Positions 38,663 through 51,243 of a DNA stretch of 64,000 bases are shown here, piece by piece. A program made the translations under genes and the position numbers. The notes under the pieces were generated by a model, which was given only the letters and a program-made list of their open reading frames with translations, was not told where the DNA came from and searched no databases. Source of the stretch: Escherichia coli (lineage in GTDB: Bacteria; Pseudomonadota; Gammaproteobacteria; Enterobacterales; Enterobacteriaceae); assembly GCF_009931435.1 (NCBI RefSeq), contig NZ_CP043414.1; one strand, written 5' to 3'. The stretch's first letter is position 1, and each line of letters opens with the position of its first letter.

Positions 38663-40087
38663 TTACTGCATTAACAGATAGATGGTGCTGTCGCCGCGCT
38701 GAATATTCAGTGCCAGCACAGACGGTTTGCTGTCGAGAACTTTACGCAGTTCAGCGATGTTTTTCACTGCCTGCTGGTTCGCACCAATAATCACATCACC
38801 TTTCTTCAGGCCGATCTGCGCAGCTGGAGTGCCCGTTTTCACGTTGTTCACCACCACGCCCTGATCTTTGCCTTTGTTGCTCATCTCAGCGCCTTCAATG
38901 CCGTTGAAGATGGTGCTGGAATCAACCTGATTCTGGCTGCTCTGCTGCAGTTCCAGGTTCACGTTAACCTGCTTCCCGTCGCGCAGTAAGCCCAGGGTCA
39001 GTTTGCTGCCTACCGGCATAGTGCCCACCTGAGCACGCAGTGCGGCAAAGCTGCTGATTGGCTTACCGTTCAGTGAGGTGATCACATCACCCGCTTTAAT
39101 GCCCGCTTTCGCGGCGGAAGAATTCGGCAGAACCTGGCTTACGAAAGCACCGCGCTGGGCGTCAACTTTCATCGCTTTCGCCAGATCGGAGTTCAGCTCA
39201 GTCCCCATAATACCCAGCTCACCGCGTTTCACCTGGCCGTATTCCACCATCTGCGAGGTCAGGTTTTTCACCATGTTACTCGGGATAGCAAAACCGATAC
39301 CGATGTTGCCGCCGTCCGGTGCGAGGATCGCGGTGTTGATACCGATCAGTTCGCCGTTCAGGTTAACCAGCGCACCACCGGAGTTACCACGGTTGATCGC
39401 AGCATCGGTCTGGATGAAGTTTTCATAGTTTTCGGCATTCAGACCGCTACGCCCCAGCGCAGAGACAATCCCGGAAGTTACCGTCTCACCCAGACCAAAC
39501 GGGTTACCAATTGCTACGGTGTAATCACCCACGCGCAGTGCATCAGAATCCGCCATCTTAATTGCGGTCAGATTTTTCGGGTTCTGGATCTGGATCAGCG
39601 CGATATCAGAGCGCGGATCTTTGCCAACCATCTTCGCGTCGAACTTACGACCATCGCTCAGCTGGACTTTAATCACCGTCGCGTTATCAACAACGTGGTT
39701 GTTGGTGACGACATAGCCTTTATCGGCATCAATGATGACGCCGGAACCCAGCGCCATGAATTTCTGTTGCTGGCCGCCGCCATTACCGCCCTGGCCCCCC
39801 TGGCAGAACGGAGAGCTCTGGAACGGAGAACCTTCCTGGCAGAACGGAGAATCATCACCGAAGAACTGCTGGAAATTACGCGGCATACGCGGCGTATTAA
39901 CGGTTGTGCTACCTTCTACGTTAATGCTGACCACTGAAGGCATCACCTTTTCGAGCATCGGTGCAAGGCTTGGCATCTGCTGGGCTGTCGTTGCTGAAGA
40001 AGTCTCAGCCGCCGTTGCAGAGAGCGGAGATAACGCCAAACCTAAACTCAGAGCCAGTGCACTCAGTGCTAATGTGGTTTTTTTCAT
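38663..40087 (-). CDS. degP: Periplasmic serine endoprotease/chaperone DegP (HtrA)
   Basis: 474-aa ORF, signal peptide, GNSGGAL catalytic serine motif, Q/G-rich linker, two PDZ domains. Confidence 0.96.
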   Translation of the reverse strand: MKKTTLALSALALSLGLALSPLSATAAETSSATTAQQMPSLAPMLEKVMPSVVSINVEGSTTVNTPRMPRNFQQFFGDDSPFCQEGSPFQSSPFCQGGQGGNGGGQQQKFMALGSGVIIDADKGYVVTNNHVVDNATVIKVQLSDGRKFDAKMVGKDPRSDIALIQIQNPKNLTAIKMADSDALRVGDYTVAIGNPFGLGETVTSGIVSALGRSGLNAENYENFIQTDAAINRGNSGGALVNLNGELIGINTAILAPDGGNIGIGFAIPSNMVKNLTSQMVEYGQVKRGELGIMGTELNSDLAKAMKVDAQRGAFVSQVLPNSSAAKAGIKAGDVITSLNGKPISSFAALRAQVGTMPVGSKLTLGLLRDGKQVNVNLELQQSSQNQVDSSTIFNGIEGAEMSNKGKDQGVVVNNVKTGTPAAQIGLKKGDVIIGANQQAVKNIAELRKVLDSKPSVLALNIQRGDSTIYLLMQ

Positions 40088-40129
40088 GTATTTCAGTCTC
40101 GATTAACAGATAACGCAAAATTGCTGTGT

Positions 40130-40162
40130 TCTTCAGATTCGTTTTATAGCGCGAAGTTCCGA
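40130..40162 (-). promoter_or_regulatory. Sigma-E (RpoE) promoter of degP
   Basis: Minus strand GGAACTT (-35, 40154-40160) - 16 nt - TCTGA (-10, 40133-40137), matching sigma-E consensus and known degP promoter architecture. Confidence 0.7.
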
Positions 40163-40179
40163 ACTAAAGTTTCTGCAAA

Positions 40180-40207
40180 AGGTAAAAATTTATTGTTCGT
40201 CTTTACA
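40180..40207 (-). promoter_or_regulatory. Putative CpxR binding region upstream of degP promoter
   Basis: GTAAA pentamers on both strands (GGTAAAAATTTATTGTTCGTCTTTAC) at expected distance upstream of sigma-E promoter. Confidence 0.4.
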
Positions 40208-40216
40208 AAAGCCTGG

Positions 40217-41734
40217 TTATTGTTCTACGGCCATCAGACGTCGGTATTCATCCCAGGCATAGAGGTCGGTCATACCGCTGATATAATCCTGCAGCAGGCG
40301 GCAACGGTAATAATATTCCCATAGCGGAAACTCAGGAGAATCTGACGGTAATTTACTGACAGCCTCGACATAGGCCAGCCGATGGCGCGTCGAGAGTTTG
40401 TGGAATAAGCGCGATTCAATAGGGAAACGTTTCACCCGTTCTTTTTCTACCAGTTCAGTAAAGTCTGATAACGACAGGCTTAATAAAGGGCGATAAATCT
40501 CTAATAATCCGCTAATGACCCGATAGCCCTGCAATTCAAGCTGCTCGACATCTGGATGGCTAAACACATGTTTTACAGCGACATTTTTATATAGCTTTAG
40601 AAGATCGCTGCATTCGCTGGCATCTTCCAATAATGCATGATTAAACGTTCCGGCGAAAATCGCAGGCAGATTATCAATAAATCGTTGTGCCGCGTAGGGT
40701 ACCAGTTTATTTAGGGTGTTTACCCGTAAATACATAAAAAACTGATCTTCCGTACTGCGGCTTAAACTATTTGAGCGTGATTTTTCCCAGGCATTTTCAA
40801 CCACCAGCGAAAAGAGCGAACCTTTCTCATGCTGGCCCCACGCTTCGTGCAAATGATGATAAAGCTGCTCAACGCTGAATATTCTTTTCTCTACCGCATC
40901 TTCAAGATCTGCCACACAATAGGAGATGTCGTCGGCAGCTTCCATAATCCACGTTAATGGAAAACGACTGTAAAGCGCCAAATTAAGTTCTTTACGCAAC
41001 CGGGCAATATAGGCTTCTTCAGAAAGATAATAACCCGGCTTTTTCATTAAATAGTGATGTGTCTCAGGCGTTTCACCACGCCACCACGCCGGACGAGTAT
41101 ATTTTAAAATACCGCCAACCTGTGCCCAGGTGAGATTCATCCGCATCAATGTATGCACCAGACGAATGCCTTGTGCATTCCCCTCAAAATGACATAAGTC
41201 CTGACGTATTTTGCGCCGCAGCTCGTTAAGCGGTTCTTCCCCGTCCCGTAAACGTAGTGCTGCCACGCTGCAGCGATCGTCAGTCAGAGGCTGGCTTTCG
41301 GCATCAGCCGGATACAAACGCTGGCGAAACCAGTCATTTATCGCCGCTTCGCCAAAATGGCCAAACGGCGGATTGCCGATATCGTGCATCAGGCATGACA
41401 TCTCAACAATACTTTCAAAAGGGCCGGTCAGTTCATCCAGACCATACTCTTCCAGTAATTTAAGCTCTTTCAGACGGCTTAAAATTTCTTTGGCGATGTA
41501 GCGCCCCACCTGCTGGACTTCCATTGAATGGGTAAGACGCGTGCGCACGGCGGCATTTCGCTCCAGCGGAAAAACCTGGGTCTTTTGTTGCAGACGACGA
41601 ATTGCCGGAGAGTTGATAATACGCCCGCGATCGCTCTCAAAGATTCGCAGGATCTCATGTTCGGTTTTAACGCCCTGTGGTGAACGGTAACGACGATGCC
41701 AGTTTATTTTTTTTCGGAAATCAATCTGTGCCAT
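40217..41734 (-). CDS. dgt: dGTP triphosphohydrolase
   Basis: 505-aa ORF with HD-domain motifs ([11 protein letters not shown]); recognised Dgt. Confidence 0.95.
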   Translation of the reverse strand: MAQIDFRKKINWHRRYRSPQGVKTEHEILRIFESDRGRIINSPAIRRLQQKTQVFPLERNAAVRTRLTHSMEVQQVGRYIAKEILSRLKELKLLEEYGLDELTGPFESIVEMSCLMHDIGNPPFGHFGEAAINDWFRQRLYPADAESQPLTDDRCSVAALRLRDGEEPLNELRRKIRQDLCHFEGNAQGIRLVHTLMRMNLTWAQVGGILKYTRPAWWRGETPETHHYLMKKPGYYLSEEAYIARLRKELNLALYSRFPLTWIMEAADDISYCVADLEDAVEKRIFSVEQLYHHLHEAWGQHEKGSLFSLVVENAWEKSRSNSLSRSTEDQFFMYLRVNTLNKLVPYAAQRFIDNLPAIFAGTFNHALLEDASECSDLLKLYKNVAVKHVFSHPDVEQLELQGYRVISGLLEIYRPLLSLSLSDFTELVEKERVKRFPIESRLFHKLSTRHRLAYVEAVSKLPSDSPEFPLWEYYYRCRLLQDYISGMTDLYAWDEYRRLMAVEQ

Positions 41735-41817
41735 GTCCTCTCCCGCGTGAGAAATACGCTTCCCCGTAAGCGCATGGTAAACTATGCCTTCAAATCGGGC
41801 TTATCGCGAGTAAATCT

Positions 41818-42516
41818 ATGAAAATCGGCATCATTGGTGCAATGGAAGAAGAAGTTACGCTGCTGCGTGACAAAATCGAAAACCGCCAAACTATCAGTCT
41901 GGGCGGTTGCGAAATCTATACCGGCCAACTGAATGGAACCGAAGTTGCGCTTCTGAAATCGGGCATCGGTAAAGTCGCTGCGGCACTGGGTGCAACTCTG
42001 CTGTTGGAACACTGCAAGCCAGATGTGATTATTAACACCGGTTCTGCCGGTGGCCTGGCGCCAACGCTGAAAGTGGGCGATATCGTTGTCTCGGACGAAG
42101 CACGTTATCACGACGCGGATGTCACGGCATTTGGTTACGAATACGGTCAGTTACCTGGCTGCCCGGCTGGCTTCAAAGCTGACGATAAACTGATCGCTGC
42201 CGCTGAGGCCTGCATTGCCGAACTGAATCTTAACGCTGTACGTGGCCTGATTGTCAGCGGCGACGCTTTCATCAACGGTTCTGTTGGCCTGGCGAAAATC
42301 CGCCACAACTTCCCGCAGGCCATTGCTGTAGAGATGGAAGCGACGGCAATCGCTCATGTCTGCCACAATTTTAACGTCCCGTTTGTTGTCGTACGCGCCA
42401 TCTCCGACGTGGCCGATCAACAGTCTCATCTTAGCTTCGATGAGTTCCTGGCTGTTGCTGCTAAACAGTCCAGCCTGATGGTTGAGTCACTGGTGCAGAA
42501 ACTGGCACATGGCTAA
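41818..42516 (+). CDS. mtnN: 5'-methylthioadenosine/S-adenosylhomocysteine nucleosidase
   Basis: 232-aa [27 protein letters not shown]...; recognised Mtn/Pfs. Confidence 0.95.
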   Translation: MKIGIIGAMEEEVTLLRDKIENRQTISLGGCEIYTGQLNGTEVALLKSGIGKVAAALGATLLLEHCKPDVIINTGSAGGLAPTLKVGDIVVSDEARYHDADVTAFGYEYGQLPGCPAGFKADDKLIAAAEACIAELNLNAVRGLIVSGDAFINGSVGLAKIRHNFPQAIAVEMEATAIAHVCHNFNVPFVVVRAISDVADQQSHLSFDEFLAVAAKQSSLMVESLVQKLAHG

Positions 42517-43309
42517 GTCACTGTTCAGGGCGCTGGTCGCCCTGTCTTTTCTCGCCCCTCTGTGGCTCAACGCCGCACCGCGCGTCATCACGCTTTCACC
42601 CGCCAACACTGAACTTGCTTTTGCCGCCGGGATCACGCCGGTTGGGGTCAGCAGTTATTCCGACTACCCTCCACAAGCGCAAAAGATTGAGCAGGTTTCA
42701 ACCTGGCAGGGGATGAATCTCGAACGCATTGTGGCCCTTAAACCCGATCTGGTGATTGCCTGGCGTGGAGGTAATGCCGAGCGGCAGGTTGGCCAGTTAG
42801 CTTCGCTGGGAATAAAAGTGATGTGGGTCGATGCGACAAGCATTGAACAAATTGCCAATGCGTTACGTCAACTGGCCCCCTGGAGTCCACAACCAGACAA
42901 GGCCGAACAAGCCGCACAATCCCTGCTGGACCAGTACGCACAATTGAAAGCGCAATATGCTGATAAACCTAAAAAACGTGTTTTTCTGCAATTCGGCATT
43001 AATCCGCCATTTACCAGTGGAAAAGAGTCGATTCAAAACCAGGTACTCGAAGTTTGTGGCGGAGAAAACATCTTTAAAGACAGCCGGGTTCCCTGGCCGC
43101 AAGTTAGCCGCGAACAGGTGTTAGCACGCGCGCCACAGGCGATTGTCATTACAGGCGGACCGGACCAAATTCCTAAAATCAAACAATACTGGGGTGAACA
43201 GCTCAAAATTCCCGTTATTCCTCTCACGAGTGACTGGTTTGAACGTGCAAGCCCACGTATTATCCTCGCTGCACAACAGCTCTGTAATGCGCTTTCACAG
43301 GTAGATTAG
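42509..43309 (+). CDS. btuF: Vitamin B12-binding periplasmic protein BtuF
   Basis: 266 aa from [26 protein letters not shown]...; start overlaps mtn stop by 8 nt. Confidence 0.93.
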   Translation: MAKSLFRALVALSFLAPLWLNAAPRVITLSPANTELAFAAGITPVGVSSYSDYPPQAQKIEQVSTWQGMNLERIVALKPDLVIAWRGGNAERQVGQLASLGIKVMWVDATSIEQIANALRQLAPWSPQPDKAEQAAQSLLDQYAQLKAQYADKPKKRVFLQFGINPPFTSGKESIQNQVLEVCGGENIFKDSRVPWPQVSREQVLARAPQAIVITGGPDQIPKIKQYWGEQLKIPVIPLTSDWFERASPRIILAAQQLCNALSQVD

Positions 43310-43346
43310 CGCCTGATCTTTTCAGGTGCTCAGTGGGGATTGAACA

Positions 43347-43970
43347 ATGCTCGTCTATTGGCTGGATATAGTCGGCACAGCGGTATTTGCCATCTCCGGC
43401 GTTTTGTTAGCCGGAAAATTGCGTATGGACCCTTTTGGTGTTCTGGTACTGGGCGTGGTTACCGCAGTAGGCGGCGGGACAATTCGCGACATGGCGCTGG
43501 ATCACGGCCCGGTCTTTTGGGTGAAAGATCCCACCGATCTGGTTGTTGCAATGGTGACCAGCATGCTGACGATCGTGCTGGTGCGCCAGCCAAGACGCTT
43601 ACCGAAATGGATGTTGCCGGTGCTGGATGCCGTTGGTCTGGCGGTGTTTGTCGGCATTGGCGTGAATAAAGCCTTTAATGCGGAAGCCGGTCCGTTAATC
43701 GCGGTTTGTATGGGCGTCATTACTGGCGTTGGCGGCGGGATCATTCGTGATGTACTGGCCCGCGAAATCCCCATGATTTTACGCACAGAAATCTACGCAA
43801 CGGCCTGTATTATCGGCGGTATTGTCCACGCTACGGCTTATTACACATTTTCCGTACCACTGGAAACAGCCAGTATGATGGGCATGGTCGTGACGCTATT
43901 GATTCGGCTGGCGGCTATTCGTTGGCATCTTAAGCTACCGACGTTTGCGCTGGATGAGAATGGGCGTTGA
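43347..43970 (+). CDS. yadS: UPF0126 inner-membrane protein YadS
   Basis: 207-aa hydrophobic ORF with two copies of a G-G-G-x-I-R-D motif (internal duplication). Confidence 0.88.
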   Translation: MLVYWLDIVGTAVFAISGVLLAGKLRMDPFGVLVLGVVTAVGGGTIRDMALDHGPVFWVKDPTDLVVAMVTSMLTIVLVRQPRRLPKWMLPVLDAVGLAVFVGIGVNKAFNAEAGPLIAVCMGVITGVGGGIIRDVLAREIPMILRTEIYATACIIGGIVHATAYYTFSVPLETASMMGMVVTLLIRLAAIRWHLKLPTFALDENGR

Positions 43971-43980
43971 AGAGAGAAGA

Positions 43981-44006
43981 TGTGCCGGATAGTTTATCCG
44001 GCACAT
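43981..44006. terminator. Bidirectional terminator between convergent yadS and erpA
   Basis: Perfect hairpin GTGCCGGATAgtttATCCGGCAC. Confidence 0.65.
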
Positions 44007-44016
44007 GAACAACAGA

Positions 44017-44361
44017 TTAGATGCTGAAGGAAGAACCGCAACCGCAGGTGCTTTTCGCGTTCGGGTTGGTCACGATGAAACGAGAACCTTCCAGACCTTC
44101 GGTATAGTCAACGGAACCGCCGACCAGATATTGCAGGCTCATCGGGTCAACCACCAGGCCAACGCCCTGTTTTTCGATGGTCATATCGCCTTCGTTCACC
44201 TGATCATCAAAGGTGAAACCATACTGGAAGCCGCTGCAACCGCCACCGGTGATATACACGCGTAATTTCAGATTCGGGTTATCTTCGTCAGCGATCAGGC
44301 TTTTAACTTTGTTGGCTGCTGCGTCGGTAAACTCCAGCGGCAGTGCTACGTCATCACTCAT
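44017..44361 (-). CDS. erpA: Iron-sulfur cluster insertion protein ErpA
   Basis: 114 aa from [20 protein letters not shown]..., C-terminal CGCGSSF A-type carrier motif; ORF track adds 11 codons upstream. Confidence 0.93.
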
Positions 44362-44442
44362 ATTTTGCTCCAAACGACATCGGCAATTGGGCAAATTCTA
44401 ACCCAATAATAATCGCCATTATCTAATACCCTGGTATTTCGT

Positions 44443-45882
<1,440 letters not shown>

Positions 45883-46088
45883 TCATACAAATAAGATGAC
45901 GGCATTTTACTCGCACGTTCCATGAAAATCCTTTGCAAAGCGTAATGTTTCAAATGTACAAAACTTTTATACTCTACGAAATCAGGATTGCACCAGCAGA
46001 AGCAACCTGACGTTTGACGAGTATTTAACTTGTTATGAATAAAATAGAATAGCAGCCATTCACTTTTTCTACGAATCAGGAACCCTCC

Positions 46089-47369
46089 ATGAGTAAGTCT
46101 GAAAATCTATACAGCGCAGCGCGCGAGCTGATCCCTGGCGGTGTGAACTCCCCTGTTCGCGCCTTTACCGGCGTGGGCGGCACTCCACTGTTTATCGAAA
46201 AAGCGGACGGCGCTTATCTGTACGATGTTGATGGCAAAGCCTATATCGATTATGTCGGTTCCTGGGGGCCGATGGTGCTGGGCCATAACCATCCGGCGAT
46301 CCGCAATGCCGTGATTGAAGCCGCCGAACGTGGTCTGAGCTTTGGCGCACCGACCGAAATGGAAGTGAAAATGGCGCAACTGGTGACCGAACTGGTGCCG
46401 ACGATGGATATGGTGCGCATGGTGAACTCCGGCACCGAAGCGACGATGAGCGCCATCCGCCTGGCCCGTGGTTTTACCGGTCGCGACAAAATCATTAAAT
46501 TCGAAGGTTGCTACCACGGTCACGCTGACTGTCTGCTGGTAAAAGCCGGTTCTGGCGCACTCACTTTAGGCCAGCCAAACTCGCCGGGCGTTCCGGCAGA
46601 TTTCGCCAAACATACATTAACCTGTACTTATAACGATCTGGCCTCTGTACGCGCCGCGTTTGAGCAATACCCGCAAGAGATTGCCTGTATTATTGTCGAG
46701 CCAGTAGCAGGCAACATGAACTGTGTTCCGCCGCTGCCAGAGTTCCTACCGGGTCTGCGCGCACTGTGCGACGAATTTGGCGCATTGCTGATCATCGATG
46801 AAGTGATGACCGGTTTCCGCGTGGCGCTGGCTGGCGCGCAGGATTATTACGACGTGGTGCCAGACCTCACCTGCCTGGGCAAAATCATCGGCGGTGGAAT
46901 GCCGGTAGGCGCATTCGGGGGTCGTCGTGATGTGATGGATGCGCTGGCCCCAACCGGTCCGGTCTATCAGGCGGGTACGCTTTCCGGTAACCCGATTGCG
47001 ATGGCAGCCGGTTTCGCCTGTCTGAATGAAGTCGCGCAGCCGGGCGTTCACGAGACGCTGGATGAGCTGACAACACGTCTGGCAGAAGGTCTGCTGGAAG
47101 CGGCAGAAGAAGCGGGAATTCCATTGGTCGTTAACCACGTTGGCGGCATGTTCGGTATTTTCTTTACCGACGCCGAGTCCGTGACGTGCTATCAGGATGT
47201 GATGGCCTGCGACGTCGAGCGCTTTAAGCGTTTCTTCCATATGATGCTGGATGAAGGTGTTTACCTGGCACCGTCAGCGTTTGAAGCGGGCTTTATGTCT
47301 GTGGCGCACAGCATGGAAGATATCAATAACACCATCGATGCTGCACGTCGGGTGTTTGCGAAGTTGTGA
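46089..47369 (+). CDS. hemL: Glutamate-1-semialdehyde 2,1-aminomutase
   Basis: 426-aa [29 protein letters not shown]...; recognised HemL. Confidence 0.96.
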   Translation: MSKSENLYSAARELIPGGVNSPVRAFTGVGGTPLFIEKADGAYLYDVDGKAYIDYVGSWGPMVLGHNHPAIRNAVIEAAERGLSFGAPTEMEVKMAQLVTELVPTMDMVRMVNSGTEATMSAIRLARGFTGRDKIIKFEGCYHGHADCLLVKAGSGALTLGQPNSPGVPADFAKHTLTCTYNDLASVRAAFEQYPQEIACIIVEPVAGNMNCVPPLPEFLPGLRALCDEFGALLIIDEVMTGFRVALAGAQDYYDVVPDLTCLGKIIGGGMPVGAFGGRRDVMDALAPTGPVYQAGTLSGNPIAMAAGFACLNEVAQPGVHETLDELTTRLAEGLLEAAEEAGIPLVVNHVGGMFGIFFTDAESVTCYQDVMACDVERFKRFFHMMLDEGVYLAPSAFEAGFMSVAHSMEDINNTIDAARRVFAKL

Positions 47370-47383
47370 TCCAGCATGGTTTG

Positions 47384-47468
47384 TCGGATGCGGCGTAAAC
47401 GCCTTATCCGACCTACAGATCAGGACCGTTTGTAGGCCCGATAAGACGCCACAGCGTCGCATCGGGCA
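47384..47468. repeat. BIME (pair of inverted REP units) between convergent hemL and fhuB
   Basis: GTCGGATGCGGCGTAAACGCCTTATCCGACCTACA and TGTAGGCCCGATAAGACGCCACAGCGTCGCATCGGGCA. Confidence 0.7.
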
Positions 47469-47526
47469 TCCGTTGCCGCGTAAAAGCTTTATCCATCCAG
47501 GAGTTAAGGGCCGTTATATGGAAAAA

Positions 47527-49509
47527 TTAACGGCTCTGCTTTCTCAACAAATAGATAAAATACGGCGCGCCGATAAAGGTCGACAGCAGCCCCGCTGGGA
47601 TCTGGAATGGAAACAGCACCATCCGCCCACACCAGTCAGCGAACACCAGCAACAATCCCCCTACCAGCGCCGAAATCACGATGTGCGGCATCGTCCGTCG
47701 AAAGCCCATCATCCGTGCGATATGCGGTGCCATCAGGCCAACAAAACTCAACGGCCCGATGGTCATTGTCGCGGTCGCCGTCAGGCAAGCCGCCAGCAGC
47801 AGTAGCGCAATTCGCGTCGGCGTCAGCGCCATTCCCACGGCTCGTGCGGTATCACCTCCCAGCGGTAAAATGGTCAGCCAGCGGCGGCACAGCGGGGTAA
47901 TCGCCAGCAAAATCACCATCACAATTCCGGTGCGCCAGACCTGCGCCTCGGTCGCGTTGTAGGTCGAACCGGAAATCCAGGTCAGCACTTGCGCCATTCG
48001 CGGGTCACCACTTGCCTGCAACATCATCAAAAGCATGGTGAACGCAGTACTTAAGGCCATCCCCGCCAGTAACATGCGGTGTGGGGAAAATCCACCGCGC
48101 CCGGCAGCGATCATAATGATCAACAGCGTCACCGCCGCGCCGAGACTGCCCGCGGGTAACAGCCAGCCAAAGGCATTACCCGGCACCAGAAACAGCATCA
48201 ACACCACACCAAACGCCGCGCCTGAACTAATCCCCAGCACTTCGGGGCTTGCCATCGGGTTTCCGGTCAGCCGCTGAATAATACAGCCCGCCACTGCCAG
48301 CATGATGCCCGCAAACAGTGCCGCCATAATTCGCGGCCAGCGCCAGGGCATTAAATCATCGAGCAGCGCCCCGCTCGCCCACGTCCAGCCGTGCGCATCA
48401 CGACCAAACGACAGCGCCACCACCACAGCAATTATCAGCAGCACACCGCCAGCAAGGGCAAACGCCAGCACATGTTGGCGTTCAGTCGCGACACGATCGT
48501 TGGCCTTCATATCCGGCGCACTGATGCTGCGTAAACGCGGCAGCAGCCACAGTAACAGCGGCGCACCTATCAACGCCGTCACCGAACCGGTAGAAACTTC
48601 CATCCACACGCGAGTCAGCCAGAGGATGATTTGATCGGAAAGCCAGAGGATCAGCGCACCAATCAGTGACGCCAGCAGCAGTCTTGGCAGCAGACGCCGC
48701 GCCCCCAGCATTTTTGCCAGCAGTGGCGCGAACAACCCGATAAAGCCGATAATCCCCACCGCGTTCACCAACAGAGCACTGATGACTATCGCCAGCGACA
48801 GCGCCGCCAGACGCGCGAGCGATAAGGCCAGCCCGAGATTACGCGCCACGCCATCATCAAGCCCCATCAGGGTTAATGGACGAAGTAGCAGTAACGTCAG
48901 CATCACGCCGCCCAGCAGCTGTGGCCATAAACGCTCAACGCCGCCCCAGTCGGTTTGCGTCAGCGTTCCGGTACTCCACAGGAACATGCTTTGCAGCTGG
49001 TCGTGATGGAAGATAACCAGTAGCTGATTAATTGCCCCACAATAAAGGCTCACCACCAGCCCCGCGAGGATCAGTGTTACCGGCGAAAGCCGTTTCCCCC
49101 ACGCGACGCCAAAGACAATTAAGCCAACAACGCAAGCCCCCGCCAATGCAGCAAACTGGCTCGCCATAGCACCAGGGATCGCCCAGAGCGTGGTGACGGT
49201 AATCCCCAGTTGCGCGCCTGTAGCAACGCCCAACGTCGTCGGCTCCGCCAGCGGGTTACGCAGCACTTGCTGAAATAGCACGCCCACCAGCCCCAGACCC
49301 GCGCCCACCAGCAGCGAAATCGCCAGACGCGGCAGCAAGCTGTAGTGAAAAATCATCTGCTCGATGACATCGATATCCGGCGACCAGGTGGCCTGCACCC
49401 ACTGGCTACGCGGCAGCGCCTGCGAGAAGTTCATCCAGGTTAGCATCGCTGCGGCAATCACCAGCAGCGCCAGCAATAACGCCGGGAAAAGCGCAATACG
49501 TTTACTCAC
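47527..49509 (-). CDS. fhuB: Ferric hydroxamate ABC transporter permease FhuB
   Basis: 660-aa ORF with duplicated permease halves; recognised FhuB. Confidence 0.95.
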   Translation of the reverse strand: MSKRIALFPALLLALLVIAAAMLTWMNFSQALPRSQWVQATWSPDIDVIEQMIFHYSLLPRLAISLLVGAGLGLVGVLFQQVLRNPLAEPTTLGVATGAQLGITVTTLWAIPGAMASQFAALAGACVVGLIVFGVAWGKRLSPVTLILAGLVVSLYCGAINQLLVIFHHDQLQSMFLWSTGTLTQTDWGGVERLWPQLLGGVMLTLLLLRPLTLMGLDDGVARNLGLALSLARLAALSLAIVISALLVNAVGIIGFIGLFAPLLAKMLGARRLLPRLLLASLIGALILWLSDQIILWLTRVWMEVSTGSVTALIGAPLLLWLLPRLRSISAPDMKANDRVATERQHVLAFALAGGVLLIIAVVVALSFGRDAHGWTWASGALLDDLMPWRWPRIMAALFAGIMLAVAGCIIQRLTGNPMASPEVLGISSGAAFGVVLMLFLVPGNAFGWLLPAGSLGAAVTLLIIMIAAGRGGFSPHRMLLAGMALSTAFTMLLMMLQASGDPRMAQVLTWISGSTYNATEAQVWRTGIVMVILLAITPLCRRWLTILPLGGDTARAVGMALTPTRIALLLLAACLTATATMTIGPLSFVGLMAPHIARMMGFRRTMPHIVISALVGGLLLVFADWCGRMVLFPFQIPAGLLSTFIGAPYFIYLLRKQSR

Positions 49510-50396
49510 GCTTTACCTCCAATAGCATTATCCAGAATACGCACAAAATGCATTGCCGAGAGCGTCGCACCATAAAACCAGACTGCGGGGACGCGCTGAA
49601 AGCGTCCGGCACGGACAAACGGCATGGCCTGCCACAGCGGGGTTGCCATTAGTGCGTCCATGTCTCTGCTGTTGTCGTGATCAAAACAGAGCACATCAAC
49701 GTCCTTATACGCTGCCAGACGATCGATACTGACGGCAGTACTGCCCCAGAAGTTGGTTTCTCCTTGCCAGGCATTTGGGATGCCGTACTCATCGAGAATT
49801 TCCTGGAACAGGCTGTTCGGGCCGAAGACCAGCATATGGCGCGGATCGATAAGTGTCGTCAGCAATAACGGGCGCGCACCACGCTTCACAAAGCGGGGTT
49901 TCATGCTGCGGATAAAGTCTTCATAGTGCGCTAAATGCGTTTCCGCTGCGCTTTGCAGGTTAAGTAAATCTGCCATTTCCGTCAGTGACTTACGCGCCAT
50001 CGCCAGCGGCTGTTTGCCGTCGCTGAAGTTAAATCCGCGCCCAGGCGCAATGCGTGCCAGCATTTCTGGTGAAGGGCCATACCCTGCCGACCAGACCATA
50101 AACGACGGTTTCATTTCGGTCAGCAGTTCAAGGTTAGGTTCTGTCCGCAAACCAACGTCAATCACTGAATCCGGCAATGGTGGCTCGCTGACCCACAGGC
50201 GATAGTTGATGGTATCCGCCACGCCGTAAGGTACGATGCCGAGCGCCAGCAGTAATTCCACCGGCAACCACTCCAGCGCCACAATACGATTGGGATCAAT
50301 AGCCGCCGCGCGGGCGGTATTCATCTGCCATAACAACGGAGAAAGCGCCATCGCTGTTAACAGTCGACGGCGCGTAATTAGAGGTAAGCTGCTCAT
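49506..50396 (-). CDS. fhuD: Ferric hydroxamate periplasmic binding protein FhuD
   Basis: 296 aa from ATG at 50396; overlaps fhuB start by 4 nt and fhuC stop by 1 nt (ATGA). Confidence 0.93.
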   Translation of the reverse strand: MSSLPLITRRRLLTAMALSPLLWQMNTARAAAIDPNRIVALEWLPVELLLALGIVPYGVADTINYRLWVSEPPLPDSVIDVGLRTEPNLELLTEMKPSFMVWSAGYGPSPEMLARIAPGRGFNFSDGKQPLAMARKSLTEMADLLNLQSAAETHLAHYEDFIRSMKPRFVKRGARPLLLTTLIDPRHMLVFGPNSLFQEILDEYGIPNAWQGETNFWGSTAVSIDRLAAYKDVDVLCFDHDNSRDMDALMATPLWQAMPFVRAGRFQRVPAVWFYGATLSAMHFVRILDNAIGGKA

Positions 50397-51193
50397 CAAT
50401 AAACAAAACTCACAGGTGCAGCACCCGCCGGATGCGGCAAAATACCCATCGGGATGCCATAAATCATTTCGAGGGTTTCGCCGCGCATAATTTCCGCAGG
50501 CGTTCCCTGAGCAATCATTTCACCGCCGCGCAGGGCGACCAGATAATCACAGTAACGCGCAGCCATATTGATATCGTGCAGCACGGCAATGACCGTCAGG
50601 CCACGCTCCTGACTTAAACGATGCACCAGCGCCAGCACATCAACCTGGTGGGCGATATCCAGCGCCGAGGTCGGTTCGTCGAGCAACAGACAACGGCTAT
50701 CCTGCGCCACCAGCATGGCGATCCACGCCCGTTGACGTTCGCCGCCAGAGAGGCTATCGACCAGCCGATGCGCCAGCGGTTTTAAGCCAACCAGCGAGAT
50801 AGCCTCTTCGACCTTTTCGCGATCTGCCGCGCCAAAGCGCCCCAGCGCGCCATGCCACGGGTAACGACCAATCGCCACCAGTTCACGCACCGTCATCCCT
50901 TCTGCCGGAGGAAGCTGCTGCGGCAAATAAGCCACTTTGCGAGCAAACGCTTTGCTGCTCCAGCTTTCCAGCGGCTGGGCATCAAGAAGAATCTCCCCTT
51001 CTGACGGTGGCTGATGGCGGCCCAACATTTTTAACAGCGTGGATTTACCAGAGCCGTTGTGACCAATCAGACCGGTCACTTTCCCGGCAGGAAAGGTTAA
51101 CGACAGCGGATGCAAAAGCGTGCGCCCGGGCACACGAAAGGAGATATTACGCAGTGCAAAAGTGGTATCGGAATGATTCGTGTATTCCTGCAT
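50396..51193 (-). CDS. fhuC: Ferric hydroxamate ABC transporter ATPase FhuC
   Basis: 265 aa from MQEYTNHSDTTFALRNISFRV..., Walker A GHNGSGKST; ORF track adds 14 codons upstream. Confidence 0.93.
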   Translation of the reverse strand: MQEYTNHSDTTFALRNISFRVPGRTLLHPLSLTFPAGKVTGLIGHNGSGKSTLLKMLGRHQPPSEGEILLDAQPLESWSSKAFARKVAYLPQQLPPAEGMTVRELVAIGRYPWHGALGRFGAADREKVEEAISLVGLKPLAHRLVDSLSGGERQRAWIAMLVAQDSRCLLLDEPTSALDIAHQVDVLALVHRLSQERGLTVIAVLHDINMAARYCDYLVALRGGEMIAQGTPAEIMRGETLEMIYGIPMGILPHPAGAAPVSFVY

Positions 51194-51243
51194 AACAGCC
51201 AACTTGTGAAACGGGCACGGAAATCCGTGCCCCAAAAGAGAAA

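Noticed and set aside
47251-47805. 184-aa ORF spanning hemL 3' end, the BIME spacer and fhuB antisense
   Set aside because: Crosses a REP/BIME element and overlaps two well-supported genes in the wrong frame or strand; Arg/His-rich wrong-frame composition.
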